Source: Actinomycetota bacterium
GTDB taxonomy: Bacteria > Actinomycetota > UBA4738 > HRBIN12
Assembly (NCBI GenBank): GCA_040880745.1
Contig: JBBDHX010000035.1
Location: 14,068-78,067, forward strand
Length of the DNA: 64,000 nucleotides
Direction: 5' to 3'
The notes under the pieces were generated by a model, which ran no database searches, was not told the origin of the DNA, and saw only the letters and a list, made by a program, of their open reading frames with translations. The translations under genes were made by a program, and so were the position numbers. Positions within the stretch are counted from its first letter, which is position 1; every line of letters starts with the position of its first letter. Positions 28,802-38,057 of the stretch are shown here, piece after piece.

Positions 28802-29047
28802 ATGACGAAGCGTTTCGACGAACAGGTCCGGGTCGAACGCGACGCCGGCATGCCGTCGGCCTTCGAGTGGCGCGGTAAGCGCTATGAGATCCGTGACGTG
28901 ATCGGGAAATGGCGGATCGAGGGGCGCTGGTGGGATGACGGCCGCGACCGCGAGTATTGGCGGGTCGAGGCGCGCGGAGGAGCCGTCTGGGACCTGTACT
29001 TCGACCGTGCCAAGGACATCTGGCACATGGAACGGCTGTGGGACTAG
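28802..29047 (+). CDS. Small Trp/Arg-rich hypothetical protein (81 aa), first gene of the SOS cassette
   Basis: ATG 28802 is the first start after the LexA box, and the ORF ends 6 nt before dnaE2. The protein is MTKRFDEQVRVERDAGMPSAFEWRGKRYEIRDVIGKWRIEGRWWDDGRDREYWRVEARGGAVWDLYFDRAKDIWHMERLWD. Confidence 0.55.
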   Translation: MTKRFDEQVRVERDAGMPSAFEWRGKRYEIRDVIGKWRIEGRWWDDGRDREYWRVEARGGAVWDLYFDRAKDIWHMERLWD

Positions 29048-29053
29048 CGCGCC

Positions 29054-32000
29054 GTGTTCATCGCCTCCCCGTTCGTGCACCTGGACGTCCGCTCCTGTTT
29101 CTCGTTGAAGGAGGGCGCGTTCACGCCGGAGCAGCTCGCGGCGGCAGCCGCGAGCTGCGGGATGCCCGCCGTGGCCTTGACCGACCGCGACGGTTTGTAC
29201 GGCGCTGCGAGGTTCGTGCGAGCGTGCGAACGCGAAGGGGTCAAGCCGATCCTCGGGACCTCGCTGACGGTCCGGGCGTCCACACCGCCGCCCGGCGATG
29301 CGCACGTGGTCCTGCTCGCGCTCGATGAAGCCGGGTATGCGAATCTCTGTCGCCTGCTCACCGATGCCCACCTGCTGGGCGAGCGTGGCGACCCGTGGGT
29401 GGCCGCCGAACAGATCTGCGCGCACGCCGGGGGGCTGCTCGCGGTGCTCGGTCCACGCTCGCACCCGGGCCGGCTCGCGGTGAGCGGCCGCGTCGATGCC
29501 GCCGCGGGTCTGGCGTCATCCTTCCGGGAGGCCTTCGGGTCCGAACGGCTGCGCGTGGGCGTCGAGCACCGCCTGGAGGCCGGCTCCGACGCCGAGGTCC
29601 GGGCCATGCTGCGGTTCGCCGCCCGGCTCGAGGTTCCCGCGGTGCTCACGAACCCGGTGCGTTACCTGGTCCCCGAGGACGCCTTCCTCGCCGACGCGCT
29701 CGAGTGCATGCGCAAGCTCGTCCCCATCGCGTCGAACCACGTGAGCCGGGCCAACGCTGAGGGTTGGCTCAAGTCTGCCGGCGCGATGCGTGCGCTCGTC
29801 GCCGAACGTCCGGATCTGGCCTCAGAGACGCTCGCGATCGCCGAACTCGTCACCTTCGACCTGGATCTGCGGCGCTTGCGTTTCCCGGACTTCCCGACGC
29901 CGGCCGGCCGCGGCGCCGACGCGTTGCTGGCCGAGCGGTGTTGGCGCGGCGTGCACGAGCGCGGCCTGAAGGAAGACGAGATCTTGCGTGCCCGGATGCA
30001 CCTGGAGCTCTCGATGATCCGGCGGATGGGCTTCGCGGCGTACTTCCTGACCGTCGCGGACATCGTGGCCGACGTGAAGTCGATGGGGATCTTCGCGGCG
30101 TGCCGGGGGAGCGCGGCGGGGTCGCTCGTGTGTTACCTCACCGGCATCTCCGACGTGGACGCGCTGCGGCACGACCTGGCGTTCGAGCGGTTCTTGAACC
30201 CGATGCGCGATGAGGCGCCCGACATCGACATCGATGTCGAGTCGGCCCGTCGCGAGGATGTCTACGACATGATCTTGTCGCGTCACGGCACCGAACGCGC
30301 GGCATGCGTGGCGATGATCGACACCTACCGGGCGCGCAGCGCGATCCGCGAGGTGGGCAAGGCACTCGGCCTGCCCGAGGTCGAGGTGGGGCTCGTGGCG
30401 AAGTCCTTCCCTCACATCTCCGCGAGGCATCTGCGCGAGGGGCTCGAGCGCTTGCCCGAGCTGCAGGGCCTGAACCTGCCGATGCGCCATCTGGATCTCC
30501 TCTTCCGGGTGGCCGAACGGATCGATGGCTTCCCTCGTCACGTCGCGCTGCACCCCTGCGGGATCATCCTGGCCAGCCACGACCTGGTGGAGCGCGTCCC
30601 CCTGGAGCGCAGCGCCGGAGGCCACAGGATGGCGCAGGCCGACAAGGACGATGTCGAGTTGCTGGGCTACCTCAAGCTCGACATCCTCGGCGTACGGATG
30701 CTCTCCTCGATGCGTCACGCGATCGATGAGATCGCGCGCACCACCGGGGAGAAGGTCGACCTGGACCGCATCCCGCTGGACGACGAGCCCACCTTCGAGC
30801 TGATCCGGGCCTCCGACACGCTCGGGTGTTTCCAGATCGAATCGCCCGGCCAACGAGAACTGCTGCAGAAGCTGCAACCCACGCGGTTCGAGGATCTGAT
30901 CGTCGACATCTCGTTGTTCCGCCCCGGCCCTGTGAAGTCCGACATGATCCGGCCCTACCTGGCGTGCCGGAGCGGACAGCGCCGCCCCACCTACGTGCAC
31001 CCGGATCTGCGTCCGGTGCTCAAGGAGACCTTCGGGGTGATCGTCTTCCACGAGCAGGTGCTGCGGACGCTCGCGGCGCTCGCCGGGTACGACCTCACCT
31101 ACGCCGATCACGTCCGCCGCCATCTGGATGACGACGACATGCTGCCGGGGCTGCGCGCGGACTTCCTGATGCGCGCCGGGCAGCGCGGTGTCGATGCCGA
31201 CGCGGCCGAGCAGACCTGGGATGCGGTCGCGCAGTTCGCGTCGTTCGGGTTCTGCAAGGCGCACGCGGCGGCGTTCGCGGTGCCCACGTACCGGTCCTCG
31301 TGGCTCAAGACCCACCACCCGGCGCAGTTCATGGCCGGGATCTTGACCCACGACCCCGGCATGTACCCACGCCGTCTGCTGCTGGACGATGTCCGGCGTC
31401 GCGGGGTCCCGATCCTGCCGCTGCACGTCAACCGATCCGAGCCCGAGTACGTGGTGGAAGAGGCGGACGATGGCATCTTCGGCATCCGGCTGGGACTGCA
31501 GGACGTGCACGGGATCTCCCAGGCCGAGATCCGCTCGATCCTGACCGCGCGGGCGGAGCGGCCGTTCTCGAGCGTCGCCGACCTGCTGCGGCGCACCGAC
31601 GTGGCGCGGCCGGTGGCCGAGGCACTGGCCCACGCTGGGGCGTTCGACGGCCTCGAGGGTGCGAAGCACCGCCGCGACCATCTGTACGAGGCGATCACCG
31701 TCGATGCGCCCCGCGAGGGTGACCAGCTGACCCTGGCCGAAGCCTCGGTCCCAGCCCACGCGTTCGCGGAGTACACCGATGCCGAGGTCGTGCGCGCCGA
31801 ACTGGAGGTCCTCGGTCTGGACGCAACCCGGCACCTCGTGTCGTTCTACGAGCCGCTGCTGCACGACCTGGGTGTCACCCGCGCGAAGGGTCTGGCCTCC
31901 AAGCGGCAGGATGCATGGGTGATGGTGGCTGGGGTGAAGATCGCCACGCAGACCCCCGCGATCCGCAGCGGCCAGCGGATCATCTTCTTATCGCTGGACG

Positions 32001-32272
32001 ATGCCACGGGACCCATCGAGATCACGGTCTTCGAAGGGGTCCAGCAGAAGGTCGCCAAGACGGTGTTCCACGCCTACGCGATGGCCGTATGGGGCCAGCT
32101 ACGGCGGACGGGGGTCCAAGGCGTGAGCGTGGTGGCCGAAGAGGTCTGGGACCTGACGGCGCTGCATCGCGCGCGCCGCGAGGGACGGCTGCGCGAAGCC
32201 ATGGCGTCGCCCACCGTCCCGAACGCGCCCGCCCGGCGTCTGTGGCACACGAGCCCCGGCTCCGCGGGCTAG
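29054..32272 (+). CDS. dnaE2: Error-prone DNA polymerase III alpha paralog (DnaE2-type)
   Basis: 1072 aa. It has a PHP domain ('FVHLDVRSCFSLKEGA'), the pol III alpha core ('FDLDLRRLRFPDF', 'DIDIDVES') and an OB fold near the C-terminus. It has DnaE2 size and sits behind a LexA box. A second, replicative-type dnaE starts at 63227. Confidence 0.85.
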   Translation: MFIASPFVHLDVRSCFSLKEGAFTPEQLAAAAASCGMPAVALTDRDGLYGAARFVRACEREGVKPILGTSLTVRASTPPPGDAHVVLLALDEAGYANLCRLLTDAHLLGERGDPWVAAEQICAHAGGLLAVLGPRSHPGRLAVSGRVDAAAGLASSFREAFGSERLRVGVEHRLEAGSDAEVRAMLRFAARLEVPAVLTNPVRYLVPEDAFLADALECMRKLVPIASNHVSRANAEGWLKSAGAMRALVAERPDLASETLAIAELVTFDLDLRRLRFPDFPTPAGRGADALLAERCWRGVHERGLKEDEILRARMHLELSMIRRMGFAAYFLTVADIVADVKSMGIFAACRGSAAGSLVCYLTGISDVDALRHDLAFERFLNPMRDEAPDIDIDVESARREDVYDMILSRHGTERAACVAMIDTYRARSAIREVGKALGLPEVEVGLVAKSFPHISARHLREGLERLPELQGLNLPMRHLDLLFRVAERIDGFPRHVALHPCGIILASHDLVERVPLERSAGGHRMAQADKDDVELLGYLKLDILGVRMLSSMRHAIDEIARTTGEKVDLDRIPLDDEPTFELIRASDTLGCFQIESPGQRELLQKLQPTRFEDLIVDISLFRPGPVKSDMIRPYLACRSGQRRPTYVHPDLRPVLKETFGVIVFHEQVLRTLAALAGYDLTYADHVRRHLDDDDMLPGLRADFLMRAGQRGVDADAAEQTWDAVAQFASFGFCKAHAAAFAVPTYRSSWLKTHHPAQFMAGILTHDPGMYPRRLLLDDVRRRGVPILPLHVNRSEPEYVVEEADDGIFGIRLGLQDVHGISQAEIRSILTARAERPFSSVADLLRRTDVARPVAEALAHAGAFDGLEGAKHRRDHLYEAITVDAPREGDQLTLAEASVPAHAFAEYTDAEVVRAELEVLGLDATRHLVSFYEPLLHDLGVTRAKGLASKRQDAWVMVAGVKIATQTPAIRSGQRIIFLSLDDATGPIEITVFEGVQQKVAKTVFHAYAMAVWGQLRRTGVQGVSVVAEEVWDLTALHRARREGRLREAMASPTVPNAPARRLWHTSPGSAG

Positions 32273-32276
32273 GTCT

Positions 32277-33542
32277 ATGGTGGCTGTGATGACCGTGCGG
32301 CCCCCCGAGCCGATGCTCCATGTCGACCTCGATGCGTTCTACGCCGGGGTCGAGGTGCTCAAGGATCCCTCCCTCAAGGGCAAGCCCGTGGTGGTCGGCG
32401 GCATCGGGGCCCGCGGTGTGGTGGCGAGCGCGTCGTATGAGGCTCGCGCCTTCGGCATCCGCTCGGCGATGCCGGCGGTCCGCGCACGCCGGCTCTGCCC
32501 CGATGCGATCTTCCTGTCGGCGGACTTCGAGTCCTACCGGACGCACTCGAACCGTTTCCGCGAAGTGCTCCTATCCTATACGCCGCTCGTGGAGCCCATC
32601 TCGCTCGACGAGGCGTTCCTGGACGTGGGCGGGGCCACGCGTCTGTTCGGCTCCCCCCCACGCATCGCCGAACGGATCCGTGCAGAGGTCGAGCGTGAGG
32701 TGGGCGTCACGTGCTCGGTGGGTATCGCCGCCACGAAGTTCGTCGCCAAGCTGGCATCCGATCATTGCAAACCCCACGGCATGCTGCACATCGCGGCGGA
32801 GGACACGCTCGCCTATCTCGAGCCGTTGCCGGTCGGGCGCCTCTGGGGCGTGGGGGAGAAGACCGGGGAACTGCTGGGGCGGCTCGCGATCCGCACGGTG
32901 GGAGACCTGGCACGCACGCCCCGTCCCGTGTTGGAGCGTCTGATCGGGGAGGCGAGCGCCCGGCATCTGGGTGAGCTCGCCCATGGCATCGACGAACGCG
33001 ACGTGGTCGCGTACGAACTCCCCAAGTCGGTGAGCCACGAGGAAACCTTCGACCGCGACCTGGACGACGAGGACGAGATCCTGCGCGAACTCCTGCATCT
33101 GTCGGGCAAGGTCGCCGCACGCCTGCGCGAGGACAGCTACCGCGCCCGGACGGTCACGTTGAAGGCGCGGCTCGCCAGCTTCACGACCCTCACGCGAGCG
33201 CGGACGATGCGGGTCCCGACGGACCTTGGCTCGGATCTCTACCACGTGGTGGCGGAGCTGTACCGCGCCCTGCCGGGCGCCCGGCGGCGGATCAGATTGC
33301 TCGGGGTGCTGGCCACGGGGTTGATCCCGGCGGCCGCGGAGCAGCTGTCGTTGCTCCACGGCGAACGGTGGGGGGAGGTGGAGCGCACCCTCGATCGGAT
33401 CGAGGCCCGGTTCGGGCGGGGCGCCGCGACCCACGCCGTGCTGTTGGACCGCGATCGCTCGGAGCCACGGAGCCCGTCCTTCCGAGGAAACGGTGACCTC
33501 CGGTATGATCGACCCGACGGTCCACCTCGAGACCGGAGGTGA
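32277..33542 (+). CDS. dinB: Y-family DNA polymerase IV (DinB) with intact catalytic motifs
   Basis: 'LHVDLDAFYAGVE', 'SLDEAFLDV', 'GIAATKFVAKLASDHCKPHG' and 'LPVGRLWGVGEKT' are DinB motifs. A clamp-binding-like 'QLSLL' is followed by an extra tail of about 70 aa. Confidence 0.9.
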   Translation: MVAVMTVRPPEPMLHVDLDAFYAGVEVLKDPSLKGKPVVVGGIGARGVVASASYEARAFGIRSAMPAVRARRLCPDAIFLSADFESYRTHSNRFREVLLSYTPLVEPISLDEAFLDVGGATRLFGSPPRIAERIRAEVEREVGVTCSVGIAATKFVAKLASDHCKPHGMLHIAAEDTLAYLEPLPVGRLWGVGEKTGELLGRLAIRTVGDLARTPRPVLERLIGEASARHLGELAHGIDERDVVAYELPKSVSHEETFDRDLDDEDEILRELLHLSGKVAARLREDSYRARTVTLKARLASFTTLTRARTMRVPTDLGSDLYHVVAELYRALPGARRRIRLLGVLATGLIPAAAEQLSLLHGERWGEVERTLDRIEARFGRGAATHAVLLDRDRSEPRSPSFRGNGDLRYDRPDGPPRDRR

Positions 33543-33546
33543 CCAG

Positions 33547-33906
33547 GTGCCGTTGAGCGATCACGAACAGAAGATCCTCGCCGAGATCGAGCGCAAGCTC
33601 GCCGAGGACGACCCCACCTTCGTCGAGGAAGTGGGGCGTACCGACCTGTACTCCCACCTGGCCCGCCGCATCCGTTTGGCGGCCGCCGCGTTCGCCGTGG
33701 GACTCGTGATGCTGCTGATCCTGTTCGTCGTCTCGGTGTGGTTCGCGGTGCTCGGTTTCGCGGTCATGCTGCTGTCCGCCGTGCTGATCTATCGATACCT
33801 CGGTCAGCTCGGACGCGATCAGCTGCGCGCGATGCAAGAAGAAGGTCGCCTGTCACTGCCCGGCTTGCTCAGCCGGATCGCCGCACGCTTCCGTTCTTCC
33901 TCGTGA
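33547..33906 (+). CDS. DUF3040 family membrane protein
   Basis: Starts at GTG 33547. 'PLSDHEQKILAEIERKLAEDDPTF' is followed by two TM helices, which is the typical DUF3040 architecture. Confidence 0.7.
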   Translation: MPLSDHEQKILAEIERKLAEDDPTFVEEVGRTDLYSHLARRIRLAAAAFAVGLVMLLILFVVSVWFAVLGFAVMLLSAVLIYRYLGQLGRDQLRAMQEEGRLSLPGLLSRIAARFRSSS

Positions 33907-34131
33907 TCGGCGGATCACACATCGCGCTCGTGTCGTAGTCCCTCCGGGTGATTTCCTCAGGCCCCTCACCTCTGCGCTTGCCACGCGTGCGCGCCTCGTT
34001 GTACAACGGGGTCCCCTTCCCCAAGGGGCGCGCGACCGTCAGACCCGTCAGGCACCTTCCTCGCCCGATACGGACGGCCCGCCCGAGCAGTGATCGGTCG
34101 GCAGAACGAGGAACGGAGGTCACGCGGCGGG

Positions 34132-34614
34132 ATGGAGGGGTTCACGGCTCATCAAGCGTCGAAGTTCACCGGATGCTCGCCGCGCCAGCTCCGCTACTGG
34201 GATCAGATCGGCTTGGTGCAGCCGTCGGTGCAGAGCACGGGCGGGCGCCCCGGGATCCCCCGTCTGTATGCGTTCCGCGATCTCGTCGCGCTCCGCGTCG
34301 TCCGGTCCCTCTTGGATGGCGGGATGTCGCTGCAACGGGTCCGGCGTTCGTGGGAGTTCTTGAACGAGAAGGCCGGATTGGACAAACATCTCTCGGAGGT
34401 TCGGCTCGTCACCGACGGTCAGAGTATCTTCAAGATCTGCCGTCGTGACGGCGAGGTCATGGATGCCCTGAAGGAAGGACAGATGGCGTTCTTCGTGGCG
34501 ATCGATGACATCGCCACCTCGGTCACGACCAACGTCCGGTCCTTCCGCGAGGACCGGGAGAAGTTCGTACGGGCCCTGCGGGAAGCCGCGGCGCACACGG
34601 CCACGGGTGGCTGA
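34132..34614 (+). CDS. MerR-family HTH transcriptional regulator
   Basis: ATG 34132 follows GGAGG. 'FTAHQASKFTGCSPRQLRYWDQIGLV...LYAFRDLVALRVV' is a MerR-type HTH plus wing. Confidence 0.8.
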   Translation: MEGFTAHQASKFTGCSPRQLRYWDQIGLVQPSVQSTGGRPGIPRLYAFRDLVALRVVRSLLDGGMSLQRVRRSWEFLNEKAGLDKHLSEVRLVTDGQSIFKICRRDGEVMDALKEGQMAFFVAIDDIATSVTTNVRSFREDREKFVRALREAAAHTATGG

Positions 34615-34620
34615 GGCCGC

Positions 34621-36864
34621 TCAGGCCGCGGGACGCCTGCGGGGCAACCGGTCCCGCCATGTTCGCAGCTCCGCCAGGGAACGGACGATCTCGCCGGCGT
34701 CGGCCTCAGCGTCCAGGACATCCTCGCTCGAGAGCTCCCGAGGACCGTACGCCGCTCGCTCTGCCAGGCGGCTCAGCCGTCCGACGCTTTCCGTAGCCAC
34801 CGGGATCACGGAAGCCAGTCGCCAGGCGTACTCCTCGGGCGTCTCGCCCGGCGCGCGTGGCACGCCGAGGTCGCGCGCATCGCGGCAACACGCGTCGTAG
34901 ATCGCGAGCACGAGAGCCCTCGGCGCCGGTCCGGCCCGACGGATCGCGCGCCGCCGCCGCGCCCTGCGGACGAACGGCCAGGCGAGTAGCACCGCCAAGG
35001 CGATGGCGAGCGCAGCGACGAGCGCGATGCTGAGCCACCACGTCACGGATCGGCCGGCGTCGAACGATCCCGATCCGCCCAGAGGAGCCAATCCCGGATC
35101 CCCTTCCACGCCGAATCCCCGCTTCGGGTCGTTCAGACCGGTGCCGCCACCAGGTCCTTCTCGGGGGCCGCTGCTTGCACCGCAGCCCGCGGCGGAGGTT
35201 TCGCATGACTGGGCGAAGCTGCGGCTGGCGTAGGTCGCGGCCGTCGGGTTCGCGCGACCGGGTGTCGGCTCGAACGCCAGCCATCCGTAGCCCTCGAACG
35301 GAACCTCGACCCAGGCATGCAGGTCGTCCGTCGTGACGCTCCACCCTTGTTCCCCGGGAAGAGGGTCACCGCGCGTGAACCCGACCGCGATGCGAGCAGG
35401 GATCCCGATAGACCGCAGCAGCATGGCCATCGCCGTGGAGAACTGCTGGCAGAAGCCGCGCTTCGTCAACTCCAAGAACTCGAGGATGGTGGCGGCATCC
35501 TCCCTGAACGACACGTCGGTGTCGTAGATGTAGCCGTCGCTCAAGAGGTGTCGTTGGATCGCGTACACCTGGTCGTACATGGTCGTCGCGCCTTCGGTCC
35601 AACTGCGCGCGAGGATGGCGATGCGGGCGGAGACCCCTTGTGGGAGCTGCGTCAGCGAGGGGTCGGGGGCATCGGCGAACGGGACTTGACGCAGGTCCTC
35701 GGGCGTCGGTGCCACGTAGACCGAGGTGACCGTGTAGGTGTCGCCCGGTTCGAGGTTGCCGTTGATCAACGCAGTCTGGCTGTTCGCGAACCATGAGACA
35801 TCGCCGTCCAGGTCGATCGAGGTGGCTTGGTAGGCGGTGGGGATCTCCGGGAAGAGCAGGTCGTTGGTGACCTCGAAGGTCTGCGTGATGGTGCGGCCCT
35901 CCGGCGGTTCACCGAGCGTTTGACCCGGGGCCACCGCGACCGAGGGCTCGTCGGTCCGCTGCCAACGCACGCCATCGAAGTACTCCAGGCCCACCATCCG
36001 CCAGTAGGACTCGGTGTCGGTGCGGACCCGGAAGACCTCCTGCTCCTGCCCGCGCGTGAGTTCGCTGGCCATCGACACCAGGGTGCTCACGCGGACCCCA
36101 CCCTCGCCGTTGATGGCCGAGAGGTCGATCACGGCACGTCCCCCGAACCCCGGCACGATCACCGGTGCCGCCACCGCGACCGCCACGGCCGCCCCGGCGA
36201 TCCTGCGAGCGCCCCGGCCGGCGGCCGGCACGAGACGGTCCCGACGCCCCGGACCGTTCCACACCGGCCCCCATCCCTGCACCCGTCGGAGCGAGTCGGC
36301 GAACAAGACGCTCATCGCGGCGAGCAAGAAGGCGACCCCGTACATGGGGCGGACGAGGTCCTCCAGCACGCTGTCCGCGAACACCACGAGGGCCGCCGGT
36401 GGAACGAGCGACATCAGCGGACTCCCGGCCCGGATGGCGAGCGAATGACAGGAGAAGACCGCCGCCCAGACCGCGGTCGTGGATGCGAACAGCAGCGGTG
36501 TCACGGGGGGCGCGGGCGCGATCTGGAGCCGGGCCTGCTCGCCGACCTCGATGGCCGCCGCGCCCATGGCGCGGAGCGTCTCCAACGTGGGGAGCCCATA
36601 CCAGGTCGAGGAGGGGAACACGGCGAGGCCCAGCCCGACGACGACGAGGATCGCGCTCGCGACCGTCGCGACCAGGAGGCCCCGGCGTTCGAACGCCCAG
36701 GCGATGACGCCGGATGCGACGCCCATCCCGACCAAACGGACCGTCGAGGCCCGCCCGTCGAAGACGCGCCCGAACGACAGGCCGATCGTCACCGCGACCA
36801 GCGTGATCGCGGCGAGCGAGGTCAGGCGCTGAACTCGAGCCGACGTTCCCTGGGTTGATGCCAT
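34621..36864 (-). CDS. Transglutaminase-like membrane protein (DUF3488/TgpA-like)
   Basis: Multiple N-terminal TM helices are present. The core is 'RGFCQQFSTAMAMLLRSIGIPARIAVGF...DLHAWVEV' (Cys-His-Asp). The start is ATG 36864 or 36909. Confidence 0.85.
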   Translation of the reverse strand: MASTQGTSARVQRLTSLAAITLVAVTIGLSFGRVFDGRASTVRLVGMGVASGVIAWAFERRGLLVATVASAILVVVGLGLAVFPSSTWYGLPTLETLRAMGAAAIEVGEQARLQIAPAPPVTPLLFASTTAVWAAVFSCHSLAIRAGSPLMSLVPPAALVVFADSVLEDLVRPMYGVAFLLAAMSVLFADSLRRVQGWGPVWNGPGRRDRLVPAAGRGARRIAGAAVAVAVAAPVIVPGFGGRAVIDLSAINGEGGVRVSTLVSMASELTRGQEQEVFRVRTDTESYWRMVGLEYFDGVRWQRTDEPSVAVAPGQTLGEPPEGRTITQTFEVTNDLLFPEIPTAYQATSIDLDGDVSWFANSQTALINGNLEPGDTYTVTSVYVAPTPEDLRQVPFADAPDPSLTQLPQGVSARIAILARSWTEGATTMYDQVYAIQRHLLSDGYIYDTDVSFREDAATILEFLELTKRGFCQQFSTAMAMLLRSIGIPARIAVGFTRGDPLPGEQGWSVTTDDLHAWVEVPFEGYGWLAFEPTPGRANPTAATYASRSFAQSCETSAAGCGASSGPREGPGGGTGLNDPKRGFGVEGDPGLAPLGGSGSFDAGRSVTWWLSIALVAALAIALAVLLAWPFVRRARRRRAIRRAGPAPRALVLAIYDACCRDARDLGVPRAPGETPEEYAWRLASVIPVATESVGRLSRLAERAAYGPRELSSEDVLDAEADAGEIVRSLAELRTWRDRLPRRRPAA

Positions 36865-38057
36865 CGTTCCGCGAGCCTCATGGTCGGGGACATGACGATG
36901 CAATCCCACCCCCCTCGCGCGAGCGTGAGGGTGGCGTGTGTGGCACGTGCCTGGAGTTGCTCGCGGCGACTGGGTGGCGCCGACGCCGGGTCGACCGGAT
37001 GCACGAGGATGGCCAGCTTCGGGCCGAACCCGGCCCCGCCCCTGACCAGTGCGGGCAGTTCCTGGCTCGCCGGCGGGGCGCCGACGAACACGAGCGAGGT
37101 GTCCGCGGTGCTCGCGGCGCGGAGCGCCGTGATCGAGGACGCCAGCGACGGGACCCGGGTGGAGCCGACGGCAGCCAGGGCATCGAGGAAGGAGTCGCCG
37201 CCGTAGACGGCGGCCGGTCGCTCCGAGGTCGCGAGCCGGATCGTGAATCCTGCGTGGGTGAGCAGCACACCCACGCTGGCGACGGCCGACACCGCCCGCT
37301 CGAACGCCGGCGTGTGTTCGCGGCCGAGGCCCGCCTCGCGGTTGTCCAGGAAGAGCAGACCGGTGGCCCGGCGTGATGCCTCGTCCTGGCGGATCATCAG
37401 CTCACCGGTGCGTGCCACCGAGGGCCAGTGGATCCGTCGCAGATCGTCGCCTTCTTGGTACGAGCGCATGGTGTAGTAGTCATCGCCGCTGCGCTGGAGC
37501 TGCCGAGCCCTGGCCGCGCCGATCCCCCGGCCGGTGGTGGCGTCCGGTGGCGTCGAGAGGTCCTCGACCTCGGGTGTCACGATGAGTTCGTCGTACCCAT
37601 CCATCCGCGCGCGGCGCCGGGAGACGCCGAACGCGTCGGTGGCGTCGATCGTGAGAGGCCCCAAGCGGTAGACGCCACGAGCCTGCGGAAGCAGCGAGTA
37701 GGACACGTCGCGCCCACCTCGCCCCCGCAGGTCCGTCACGACCAGTCGAGCCGGCCTGCCGAGCGGGCTCGGCAGGGCGTCCTCGAGCAGGAGCATCGGT
37801 GCGGGGGTGGTGGCGAGGTTCTCGACCTCCAGGCCGACACGCAGCCGCGTTCCGGGCGCCACGCGTGTCTCCGACAGGCGCCGGCGAACGCGGATGCGGC
37901 GCTGGCTCCCCGATCGGATGGTCAGTGACGCGAGGAAGGGGAGCGCCGCGAGGCCGATCCCGGTCACCTCGAGCCCCGGAGAACCGACCAGGCGCGCCAG
38001 GAACCACATCGAGACACCCGCGAGGGACAGGGTGACGCCCTTGGACGTCAGCATCAC
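36822..38057 (-). CDS. DUF58 domain protein
   Basis: Two N-terminal TM helices are present. 'YQEGDDLRRIHWPSVARTGELMIRQDE' is the DUF58 signature. The start overlaps the moxR stop. Confidence 0.85.
   Translation of the reverse strand: MMLTSKGVTLSLAGVSMWFLARLVGSPGLEVTGIGLAALPFLASLTIRSGSQRRIRVRRRLSETRVAPGTRLRVGLEVENLATTPAPMLLLEDALPSPLGRPARLVVTDLRGRGGRDVSYSLLPQARGVYRLGPLTIDATDAFGVSRRRARMDGYDELIVTPEVEDLSTPPDATTGRGIGAARARQLQRSGDDYYTMRSYQEGDDLRRIHWPSVARTGELMIRQDEASRRATGLLFLDNREAGLGREHTPAFERAVSAVASVGVLLTHAGFTIRLATSERPAAVYGGDSFLDALAAVGSTRVPSLASSITALRAASTADTSLVFVGAPPASQELPALVRGGAGFGPKLAILVHPVDPASAPPSRREQLQARATHATLTLARGGWDCIVMSPTMRLAERWHQPRERRLEFSA

Noticed and set aside
32277-33542. Calling the Y-family gene downstream of dnaE2 'imuB'
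   Set aside because: ImuB proteins lack the catalytic acidic residues. This protein retains the DxD...E ('DLDAFYAGVE') and 'SLDEAF' motifs, so it is a DinB-type active polymerase.
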